NCBI GenBank assembly: GCA_027067855.1
Contig: JAMOUX010000011.1
Location: forward strand, 12,528-76,527
Reading direction: 5' to 3'
DNA: 64,000 nt
Origin: Candidatus Fermentibacteraceae bacterium
Lineage (GTDB): Bacteria > Fermentibacterota > Fermentibacteria > Fermentibacterales > JCC-6
Shown here: positions 36,315 through 45,300 of the stretch, one piece after another
Position numbering within the stretch: position 1 is the first letter of the stretch
Layout of the letters: every line of letters starts with the position of its first letter
Translations under genes and position numbers: made by a program
Notes under the pieces: generated by a model
What the model saw: the letters and a program-made list of their open reading frames with translations, nothing else
What the model was told of the DNA's origin: nothing
Database searches by the model: none

Positions 36315-37523
36315 CTACTTGCCGCCAACGGTACTGATAAGATCGAATATCGGGAGGTACATCGCTATGACGATGCCTCCGACTATTCCTCCCAGCAACA
36401 CGATCATTATGGGTTCCAGGGTCGCGGTCAGGCCCGCCACGGCGGTGTCCACCTCTTCCTCGTAGAAGTCGGCTATCTTCTCGAGCATGGTGTCTATTCC
36501 GCCGGTCTCCTCGCCCACCGCAATCATCTGGGTCACCATTCCGGGAAATACTCCCGATTCCTTCAGCGGGTCGGATATGTTCTCGCCGCCGGAAATGCTG
36601 GCTCGGGCCTGCATTATCGCATCGGCCACAACCCGGTTACCGGCGGTCTTGGCCGTGATGGCCAGGCCGTCGAGTATGGGAACTCCACTGGAGACCAGGG
36701 TGCCCAGGGTCCTGGTGAACCTGGCTATGGACATCTTTCTTATCAGTATGCCGAAGATGGGCATCTTGAGTTTTATGGTGTCTATGACCTTCTGGCCGTT
36801 ATTCGTCTTGTAGTAAAGCTTGTAAGCGACGGCAAGGCCGATGAAGCCCAGGATGATGAGGAGGATGTTGTGCTGGACGAACTCCGAAAGGTTCACCACG
36901 AACTGGGTGGGTCCGGGGAGGGAGCTGCCCATATCGACGAACATCTGCTGGAATATGGGAATTACGAAGAGAAGCAGGGCCATAACCACCAGCACCACCA
37001 CTATGAGCACCACCATGGGATACATCATGGCCGATTTTATCTTGCCGCGCAGGGCCACCGACTTCTCCAGGTGGTTGGAGAGCCTGTTGAGTATCGTGTC
37101 CAGGATACCTCCCTGCTCTCCCGCCGCCACCATGTTGGTGTACAGTTCGCTGAAAACGTTGCTGTGCCTGGCCAGGCCGTCGGCCAGGGTGCCTCCTTTC
37201 TCGACGTACTCGGTCACGTCTTCTATGATGTTGGCGAATATCTTGTTGGTCTGCTGCTCACTGAGAATCTGGAGACATTTCACCAGGGGAAGACCGGCGT
37301 TGATCATCACCGCGAATTGCCTGGTGAACGTGGCCAGTTCCTTATCCTTAACGCCGGAGCCTATCACTCCGAACGTGGCTATGTCGAAACCGCCCTTTAT
37401 CTTGGTTACGTTGACGCCCCTCTGCCTCAGCAGCTCCTCCGCCTCGGATTTCTTAGCGGCCTTTATCTTGCCGGACATCTTCCTTCCGGCTTTGTTCGTT
37501 CCTTCCCATCTGAACTCAGGCAT
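36315..37523 (-). CDS. pilC: Type IV pilus platform protein PilC (GspF family)
   Basis: Two T2SSF repeats (FTRQFAVMINAGLPLVKCL...; FTRTLGTLVSSGVPILDGL...) and 3 TM segments. Confidence 0.9.
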   Translation of the reverse strand: MPEFRWEGTNKAGRKMSGKIKAAKKSEAEELLRQRGVNVTKIKGGFDIATFGVIGSGVKDKELATFTRQFAVMINAGLPLVKCLQILSEQQTNKIFANIIEDVTEYVEKGGTLADGLARHSNVFSELYTNMVAAGEQGGILDTILNRLSNHLEKSVALRGKIKSAMMYPMVVLIVVVLVVMALLLFVIPIFQQMFVDMGSSLPGPTQFVVNLSEFVQHNILLIILGFIGLAVAYKLYYKTNNGQKVIDTIKLKMPIFGILIRKMSIARFTRTLGTLVSSGVPILDGLAITAKTAGNRVVADAIMQARASISGGENISDPLKESGVFPGMVTQMIAVGEETGGIDTMLEKIADFYEEEVDTAVAGLTATLEPIMIVLLGGIVGGIVIAMYLPIFDLISTVGGK

Positions 37524-37538
37524 AGCCGCCTCCCATGT

Positions 37539-38609
37539 TTATAGAACGTCTCTTCCCGTTGCTATCATCTGTTCCAGTTCATCAACGTTGTGCGACCTCT
37601 CCAGGGCCATTTCCATGGTTATCACGTTCTTCTTGTAAAGGTTGAACAGGGCCTGGTTCATGGTGCGCATACCGTGCTTGTACCCCGCCTGCATGATGCC
37701 GTATATCTGGTGCAGCTTGTCCTGCCTTATGGTGGACCTCACCGCGGGGTTGCACACCAGTACCTCGGCCGCCAGCGCCCTTCCCGTTCCCCTGGCCTTC
37801 GGCACCAGCTGCTGGGTCATAACGCCGATGAGGACGAACGAAAGCTGGCTTCGCACCTGGACCTGCTGCTCCGAAGGGAACGAGTCGATTATCCTGTTTA
37901 TCGATTCGTAAGTCGAGTTGGTGTGGAGTGTCGCCATCGTCAGGTGACCGGTTTCGGCGATGTTCAGCGCCACCTGCATGGTCTCCCTGTCCCTCATCTC
38001 GCCGATGAGGACCACGTCGGGGTCCTGCCTGAGAACGTATCTCAGGGAATTGGCGAAGGACTTGGTGTCGGAACCCACTTCCCTCTGGTTGATTATGCCC
38101 TTGTCGTGGTGATGCACGTACTCTATGGGATCCTCTATCGTGATTATGTGACAGCGCCTTGTGGAGTTGACCTTCCTTATTATGGAGGCCAGAGTCGTGG
38201 ATTTACCGCAACCGGTGGGGCCCGTCACCAGTATCAGGCCCTGCCTCTTATCCGCGAACTCGTTCACCGCCTTGGGAAGCCCGAGTTCGTCGAAAGACAG
38301 TATCTCGTGAGGGATGGCCCTTATAGCGCAGGCGATGCAGCTTCTCTGGAGGAATACGTTGGACCTGAACCTGGAAAGCCCCCTGACGCTGAAAGCGAAG
38401 TCAAGTTCCTTCTCCAGTTCGAACCGCTTCTTCTGTTCGTCTTTCAGGAGGCTGTAAACAAGGTTCTGAGTATCCTGCGGAGTAAGGGGATCATACTCCA
38501 TCCTGACCAGTTCACCATCGATACGAATCACCGGAGGAGCACCGACCGTGATGTGAAGGTCGGTGGCCCTTCGTTCCATCATCTCCTTGAGCAACGTCTT
38601 GATAATCAT
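37539..38609 (-). CDS. pilT: Type IV pilus retraction ATPase PilT
   Basis: GPTGCGKSTT Walker A, LIGEMRD Walker B and TGHLTMATLHTNS His box. Positioned pilB-pilT-pilC. Confidence 0.9.
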   Translation of the reverse strand: MIIKTLLKEMMERRATDLHITVGAPPVIRIDGELVRMEYDPLTPQDTQNLVYSLLKDEQKKRFELEKELDFAFSVRGLSRFRSNVFLQRSCIACAIRAIPHEILSFDELGLPKAVNEFADKRQGLILVTGPTGCGKSTTLASIIRKVNSTRRCHIITIEDPIEYVHHHDKGIINQREVGSDTKSFANSLRYVLRQDPDVVLIGEMRDRETMQVALNIAETGHLTMATLHTNSTYESINRIIDSFPSEQQVQVRSQLSFVLIGVMTQQLVPKARGTGRALAAEVLVCNPAVRSTIRQDKLHQIYGIMQAGYKHGMRTMNQALFNLYKKNVITMEMALERSHNVDELEQMIATGRDVL

Positions 38610-40415
38610 CTAGGCAGAGTGTCCTTCCCCGGTGTTCCGACCCGAAGACGAAGTCTTCATCCTCTCCAAGACCTCCTTGACCTCGGGGTCGTCCTCGGCG
38701 GTAACCCTCGTCACCTCTTCGAGAGTGGTTATACCGCTCTTCATTTTTTCGACCGCATCCATACGTAACGTGCGCATACCACCCTTAACGCCGAGAACCC
38801 TGAGTTGCCCGGCGGTGGCCTTGTCTATTATCGCCTGTTTTATAACTTTGTCGATGGCCAATACCTCGTAAAGACCTATTCTTCCCCTGTATCCCGACCC
38901 ATTGCAGTTCCTGCAACCTTCCCCCCTATACGTTGTATATCCAGCCATCTCGGCGGGGTCAATACCGGCGGCCAGGTATTCCTCGTCGCTGTACTCGTAA
39001 GGTTTCGCACATTTCTTGCAGATCTTCCTCACCAGTCTCTGGGCCATTATCGCCCTCACGGCCGAGGCCACCAGGAACGGCTTTATACCTATGTCCACCA
39101 ACCTGTTGACAGTACTTGGAGCATCGTTGGTATGTATCGTGGAAAAAACCAGGTGACCGGTAAGGGCCGCCTTTATGGCGATGCTGGCCGTCTCAAGGTC
39201 TCTTATTTCGCCCACCATGATGATGTTGGGATCCTGCCTGAGTATGGCCCGCAGCGCGGAAGCGAAATCGTATCCCATGCTGAAATCTATCTGTGTCTGG
39301 GTCAAACCCTCTATGTTGTATTCGACGGGTTCCTCGGCGGTATGGATGTTGCGCTCCGGGGTGTTCAGCGAACTCAGCGCCGAATACAGGGTAGTGGTCT
39401 TGCCGCTGCCCGTGGGGCCGGTGACCAGCACGATCCCGTAAGGCGAGTTCACTCCCTGCATGAACCTGCCGAGGGCGTCTTCGGGAAATCCCAGCTCCCG
39501 CAGGTCGAACTCCAGGCTTCCCTTGTCCAGAATCCTGAGGACTATCTTCTCCCCGTTGACCGTGGGCACGGCGCTGACCCGGAAGTCTATGGATCTGCCG
39601 TCTATAGTGGCCTTTATCCTTCCGTCCTGCGTCTTCCTCTTCTCGGCTATATTCATACCCGCCAAAATCTTGAAGCGGCTGATTATCTGGGGCTGCACCC
39701 TCTTGGGAAGCCTTCTCACCTCGAAACACTTACCGTCCCTCCTGTACCTGATACGGAGGAACTTCTCGTACGGTTCTATGTGTATGTCGCTGATTTCGGT
39801 TCTGACGGCCTGGGCTATCACCGAGTACACGAACCTCACTATGGGCCCCGACGAGAGATCGGCGTACTCGTCATCGAAATCGTCTACTTCCTCTTCTTCC
39901 TCCTGTATCTCCAGGCTCTCGACGACCTCGAGTTCGTCCTGATCCTCGTCGTAGTCATCTATAGTGTCCTTGACCGAAACCAGGGCGTCCTGCCTGCCGT
40001 AAAGGTCGTTCTGCGCTCTCCGGACCGCCGACGGAGCCGAGGCGTAGACCACCACCTCCTTGCCCACGGCGAACTTCACTTCATCCACGGCGTAAAGGTC
40101 ACCCGGAGAACCCATGGCCACGTGTATGTAATCCTGCTCCGACTTGAACGGAACCAGGAGGAATCTCCTCGCCACTTCCCCGTCCAACTCGTTCTCCAGG
40201 GAAAGATCCAGCTTCATTTCGTTGAGATAGACCGGTTTGACCGAATATATCTCGGCGAGAAATTCGGTTATGAGATCTTCCGGCACCAACCCGGCCAGAA
40301 CCAGCTGGTCAGCCAGTTCTATCTCCCCCGGTCCGTATTCCGCGGCTATCCTGTCTATGTCGTCCTGGGTCACCATTCCGGATTCCAGGAGCATCATGGC
40401 CAGCCTGCTCAGCAT
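38610..40415 (-). CDS. pilB: GspE/PilB-family secretion ATPase with N-terminal T2SSE_N domain (PilB paralog 1)
   Basis: T2SSE_N (MLSRLAMMLLESGMVTQDDIDRIAAEY...), acidic linker, Walker A GPTGSGKTTT, and the tetracysteine Zn motif (CKKCAKP...CRNCNGSGY). Start taken at MLSRL with GGAGG RBS. The 127-aa R/Q/G/H-rich N-terminal extension of track ORF 38610..40796 was rejected. Confidence 0.85.
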   Translation of the reverse strand: MLSRLAMMLLESGMVTQDDIDRIAAEYGPGEIELADQLVLAGLVPEDLITEFLAEIYSVKPVYLNEMKLDLSLENELDGEVARRFLLVPFKSEQDYIHVAMGSPGDLYAVDEVKFAVGKEVVVYASAPSAVRRAQNDLYGRQDALVSVKDTIDDYDEDQDELEVVESLEIQEEEEEVDDFDDEYADLSSGPIVRFVYSVIAQAVRTEISDIHIEPYEKFLRIRYRRDGKCFEVRRLPKRVQPQIISRFKILAGMNIAEKRKTQDGRIKATIDGRSIDFRVSAVPTVNGEKIVLRILDKGSLEFDLRELGFPEDALGRFMQGVNSPYGIVLVTGPTGSGKTTTLYSALSSLNTPERNIHTAEEPVEYNIEGLTQTQIDFSMGYDFASALRAILRQDPNIIMVGEIRDLETASIAIKAALTGHLVFSTIHTNDAPSTVNRLVDIGIKPFLVASAVRAIMAQRLVRKICKKCAKPYEYSDEEYLAAGIDPAEMAGYTTYRGEGCRNCNGSGYRGRIGLYEVLAIDKVIKQAIIDKATAGQLRVLGVKGGMRTLRMDAVEKMKSGITTLEEVTRVTAEDDPEVKEVLERMKTSSSGRNTGEGHSA

Positions 40416-40426
40416 CCGTGCCTCCG

Positions 40427-42202
40427 TCACTCGTTGGCTATTGTCTCTTTGATCACCTCGTCGAAGGTGGTGAGACCCGCTTCGAGTTTCCTTATCGCCG
40501 CTTCCCTGAGGTTTACCATCCCCTTGGCCAAGGCTGCCTTTTCGATGTCTATGCTGTTGGCATCGCTCTCTATGAGCTTCCTTATATCCTCGTCTATCGC
40601 CATGATCTCGAAGATGCCCACCCTGCCTTTGTAACCGGTGTTGTTGCAGTACGAACATCCCGTCCCGGTGTAAAGCTCGACCCCTTTGAACCTGGCCGGA
40701 TCCATTCCCGCCTCTTCGAAGGCGCTGTCCGGTATGCTCACCGGAACCTTGCATCTGGAACATATCCTCCTGATCAGCCTCTGGGAAGCTATGCACACCA
40801 GGGACGTGCTCAACATGAACGGCTCGGTGCCGATGTCGATGAGCCTGTTAATAGTGCTTGGGGCATCGTTGGTATGGGTGGTGGAAAGCACCAGGTGACC
40901 GGTGAGGGCCGCCCTGATCGCTATTTCGCTGGTCTCCTTGTCCCTTATCTCTCCCACCATGATGATGTCGGGATCCTGCCGGAGGTAAGCCCGCAGGGCG
41001 TTGGCGAAAGTCAGCCCGACTTCCTCGTTCATCTGGACCTGGTTGATTCCCTTCAGGTTGAACTCGACGGGGTTCTCCGCGGTCATAATGTTGACTCCCA
41101 CGTCGTTGAGTTCGGTCAGGGCCGAGTACAGGGTGGTCGTCTTGCCGCACCCGGTGGGCCCGGTCACCAGCACAATGCCGAAGGGCCGTCTTATGGCCTT
41201 CCTGAAAACCTTGAGGGGTTCTTCCTCGAAGCCCAGCTTGTCCAGGTCGAGTATCACGGCGGAACGGTCCAGCAGACGGACCTCCACCTTCTCGCCGAAC
41301 AGGGTGGGCAGCGTCGCCAGCCTGAGATCCACGAACCTGTCTCCCACAAGTATCTTCTGCCTGCCGTCCTGGGGCAGGTTGTGTTCGGCTATATTCATAC
41401 CGCCCAATATCTTCAGTCGGCTGACCATCGCCGACCGGTACTTCCTGCTGGGCCTCATGACCTCGTGCAGGACGCCGTCTATCCGGAATCTCACCCTTAC
41501 GTATTTTTCGAACGGCTCGAAATGAATGTCGCTGGCTCCCCTCCTGACGGCATCGGCTATCAGGCTGTTGACCAGCTTCACCACGGGCGAGTCGGCAACC
41601 TCGAAGTTCAGGTCCTCTTCCTCGAGACCTTCCTCGTCGTCCTCTTCGACGACCATGGACTCGAAGACCTCGTCGCCCACCAGCAGGTTCTCCTCTTCGG
41701 AGATGCCCTGTATGCCGTCTTCCCCCTGGGCGCCGACCCCGTTTCTCTTCGACTCCTCCACGGGAACGATGGCTTCCGCTTCCTTGTAATACTTGCTCAG
41801 GGCCTTATTCATCATGCTGGACGCACAGACTCTGGGTTCTATGTCCATGCCGAGGGAAAACCTCAGGTCGTCTATGGCGAAAAGGTTGTTGGGGTCCACC
41901 ATGGCCACCACCAGCTTCCTGCCCTCCCGCCTTATGGGAATGACCTGGTATCTTTTCGCCACCTCGGCGCTCAACAGGGATATCGTGTCCGGATCTATTT
42001 CCATTTCATCCACGTTGACGCTATCGACGCTCTGCTGCCTGGCCAGGAACTTGTTCAGGGCATCCTCGGTTATGGCATTTATCTGAACAAGGTGGTACCC
42101 GATCCTGTTTCCTTCCTTCTTCTGCCTGTTCAGCGCTTCGTCGAGCTGCTTATTGGTTATGATGCCGGAATTAAGCAGGAGCTGACCCAGTCTTATGTTC
42201 AT
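40427..42202 (-). CDS. pilB: GspE/PilB-family type IV pilus assembly ATPase (PilB paralog 2)
   Basis: T2SSE_N (MNIRLGQLLLNSGIITNKQLDEAL...), acidic linker (VVEEDDEEGLEEED), Walker A GPTGCGKTTT and Zn motif CSRCKVP...CSYCNNTGY. Confidence 0.85.
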   Translation of the reverse strand: MNIRLGQLLLNSGIITNKQLDEALNRQKKEGNRIGYHLVQINAITEDALNKFLARQQSVDSVNVDEMEIDPDTISLLSAEVAKRYQVIPIRREGRKLVVAMVDPNNLFAIDDLRFSLGMDIEPRVCASSMMNKALSKYYKEAEAIVPVEESKRNGVGAQGEDGIQGISEEENLLVGDEVFESMVVEEDDEEGLEEEDLNFEVADSPVVKLVNSLIADAVRRGASDIHFEPFEKYVRVRFRIDGVLHEVMRPSRKYRSAMVSRLKILGGMNIAEHNLPQDGRQKILVGDRFVDLRLATLPTLFGEKVEVRLLDRSAVILDLDKLGFEEEPLKVFRKAIRRPFGIVLVTGPTGCGKTTTLYSALTELNDVGVNIMTAENPVEFNLKGINQVQMNEEVGLTFANALRAYLRQDPDIIMVGEIRDKETSEIAIRAALTGHLVLSTTHTNDAPSTINRLIDIGTEPFMLSTSLVCIASQRLIRRICSRCKVPVSIPDSAFEEAGMDPARFKGVELYTGTGCSYCNNTGYKGRVGIFEIMAIDEDIRKLIESDANSIDIEKAALAKGMVNLREAAIRKLEAGLTTFDEVIKETIANE

Positions 42203-42361
42203 TGAGCCTCCAAGCGAATGCGACGAAAAATCATGTTAGTATATATGATTTTCGTACCATGTAAAATTCTAGGTCAAGGATCAAGGGAACACGCTCCCCG
42301 ATTTTTTCAATCATTTAGACATGAGCATATAAAAAAAAGGCGGCTTGGCAAGGTTCGGCAA

Positions 42362-45300
42362 CTAGAAATTTATCATAACCCAGACGTTCAGACCGACGTC
42401 ACGCTGGTCGTAGAGGGAATTCACGCCGTCCTTTTTCCATCCGTATATGCCCGTCAACCCGGCTGTTACCGTGCCGAAATCGTAGTTGAGGGCCGGTTCC
42501 AGGCGCCATTCCTCCCTATCCGACTGCAATTGACCGTCCCGGTAGGCTCCGAAGAGTTCCGCCACCGTCCTGTTCCTGGTAATGCTGAGACTGGTCGTGA
42601 GATCGCTCCGGAAACTTATGCGCAGCCGGTTCAGTATGGGAAGGGGAATCGCTATGCCTCCCGGAGCGCTGAAAGCGTACTGGACCTTCAGCTGTAAACT
42701 GTTGCTCCGGCTCTCGGTCCTCGTCCGGGTACCGGTGAAACTCTGCATCTCCGTCTTGCCCAGGTTGTTGCTGACCGAAATCCGGACGTCGTTGTAAAGA
42801 GTGACATTCAGGTTGAAGAGGGGATTCCAATCGGTCTTACCGGTTTCCGTGGTGGGAGTGTATTCGCCTTCCTCATACCTTCCGCTCTCGATATTCTCGA
42901 AACTGTAACCCACGCCGGCGGACCCCGTCCTGAACAACTTATCCAATCCCGCCAGGCGGCTGAGGCCGGATATCGTAACGGAAATCGACGGCCAGGTCCT
43001 GCTCCTGGTATCGTTCCAGAAAGAAGAGTAGAGACTCCTGTTGTCCGAGGATTTGTATTCCATCCTGACCGACATGCTGGAAACGGGTCTGAATCCTCCG
43101 GAAATCTGCAGGTCCCATCCCTTGTTCCGACCCCATGGAATCCCGTCGTCCAGGGTGGGATCCAGTCCGAACCGGTACCTCCAGCGGGGGATGAAGGTCA
43201 TGTCACGGTACTCGCTCCCCTCGGTCTCGGAGTAGGAGATCACCGGATCGTTTATCATGTTGGCCCAGCGTTCCAGTCTCACGAGGAACCACCGCGGGCT
43301 GCCCGGCTCGGCATCCTCGTCCAGCCTCTCGTCCCTCAGCCTCGCCAGGCTCCGTATGGTATGCACCAGGCCTATTCTCAGGTTGAACCTGCGGGACACC
43401 GTCACCGAAAATTCCGGGAGCCCCAGGGAATCCGTTCCGGAACCGGTATGGGGAGCCAGCCTGGACTGGCCGTACCTGGCGTCGAAAGACACTCTCGGAA
43501 GCAGGTAACCGAAAAGATTCACCTCCTGGGAAAGGCTCACCACCTGGTTCCGGGAGATCTCCCGGCCTATTTGCAGACCCATCCCGTTTTTCCACGGGTA
43601 GAACAGGTCCCTCACCAGCCCCAGGGAACCGCTCGCATTGAAACCCTTCCAGGGATTGAAGGACAGTGACGCGCCCGAAGAGAGGGTCCGGGATACGAGC
43701 GCCCTCGTCTGCACGGTGTCGCCGTCGGCCAGGTTCCATCTCGTATCCCAGGTGTTGCGCCTGCCCAGGGACCAGGAGACCGACGTAGGTCTCAGTCGGA
43801 AGAACTCCAGGACGGGGAGCCTGAACAGCTCCATGCGTCTCAGGTTAAGGGTATACGAAAGCGACCCGTCCGCTGTGCTGCTGGTATCCATGTACATGGG
43901 ACTGCCGCCCCGATTCGCGGCATAGAGATAAGTGAACCTGAAGGGATCGACGAAATACCTGGCGGGCCATCGTTCCGAGGATCCGTCCTTTCTCAGTTGG
44001 AAACCCGTGCTCCAGCCGGTATCCCGGGTCTGCTGAAGCGCGGACTCGTTTTCCGGGAGCCTGACGTCGGAACCCGACTGGAATACCGGCCTGGAGACGC
44101 GCATATTCCACGAGTAGCTCAATGGAGCGTATACGCCCCACAAAGGCGGGGTGAAGCGGTCCAGCCTCACGGTGGTACCGGTACTGTACTCCGTGGAAGT
44201 ATATCCCTGCCCCGCCTTCTTTCCGAGACCGTGAAATTCCGAATCCATGCTCCTGTAGTCACCCTCGATGGAAGCGAAATCCGCCAGGTCCAGGGCGGCC
44301 GACACCCTGTGCGCCGCGCCCCTGCCGCCCAGCGGCCGTCTCAGGACTATGTCGTCGATCCACACCACGGCGTCCAGGGAAGCCGCGGAAGTATTGCGCA
44401 ATCCCAGGCCCAGTTGCATCACCGACGCCATGTTGGGGTTGCCCATCACCACCAGATCGCCTTCCCTCAGGTAATCGAGCCCCTCCCGATCCTTCCGGAC
44501 CTTCAGCCGCACCAGGGCGTCCAGATCCACGGTCACTTCTTTCCATCCTTTTTCGATGGGAGTGGATACCTCGTAATAGTTCAGGCTGTCGGTTCCCATA
44601 CGGTAGAATATTTCCCCCCGGACGTCGGCGTCGCCGTGAACCAGGTATGCCAGTTCACCGTAACCGGTGTAGTCCCCGGGGTTATAGAAGTTCTGCACGG
44701 CTATGCCTAAATGACCGCCGCGAATGTTTTCCGCCGCCAGCAGGACGGACTGTTCCAGCCTCGGTTCGCCGAATTCGTCCTTGCCGGGGTCCACCCCGGG
44801 GGGAGGATCGTTCTTGTACTCGGGGTTGTTCCTGTTATCCACGGTGGAGACCGTGAAAAGTTCCGAGGGAAGCACCGGGATGCCCACCGGTTCCGCCAAC
44901 CTCACTCCGCCGGGTTCCCACCTGTTACCCACCACCTGCAGGTCGTAGACCTCCACCGTGTCTCCCCTGGTGAAACCCGTCATCCAGATCCTCGCGTAAC
45001 TCACCTTCTCCCACGTCGGAGCGCCGTGAACGATGGAAGGTACGCTCACCAGTGCGGTGTCGTTCAGGGGTATCTCCAACAGCATCCACCCGTACTCGTT
45101 GGGACCGGTGACCACGTATTCGGGGTCGTCCAGGGGAACCTTTATCCTGAAGAATGAATTGGACCGGTCCAGAACCCCGTTCCTGTTCAAATCCTCGGTG
45201 TCCAGGTTTCCGTTCCTCTCGGTACCGTTGAGGAGGTGGTATTGTTCGGGATCGGAAGGATAGTCGTCTCCGTCGGGATCGGGATTACTCACGGGGTCGT

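Noticed and set aside
40416-40796. 127-aa N-terminal extension of the GspE-like ORF (MHSFPEADQEDMFQMQGSGEHTGQRLRRGG...)
   Set aside because: It is an R/Q/G/H-rich low-complexity stretch that would overlap the upstream pilB paralog by 370 nt. The internal Met (MLSRLAMMLLESG) begins a canonical T2SSE_N domain and has a GGAGG RBS 11 nt after the upstream stop.
42203-42361. Rho-independent terminator after the giant gene
   Set aside because: The AT-rich gap contains a T8 run on the minus strand (GCCGCCTTTTTTTT) but no convincing GC stem precedes it (only CTTG-C-CAAG). It is more likely a promoter or UP-element region for pilB2 than an intrinsic terminator.
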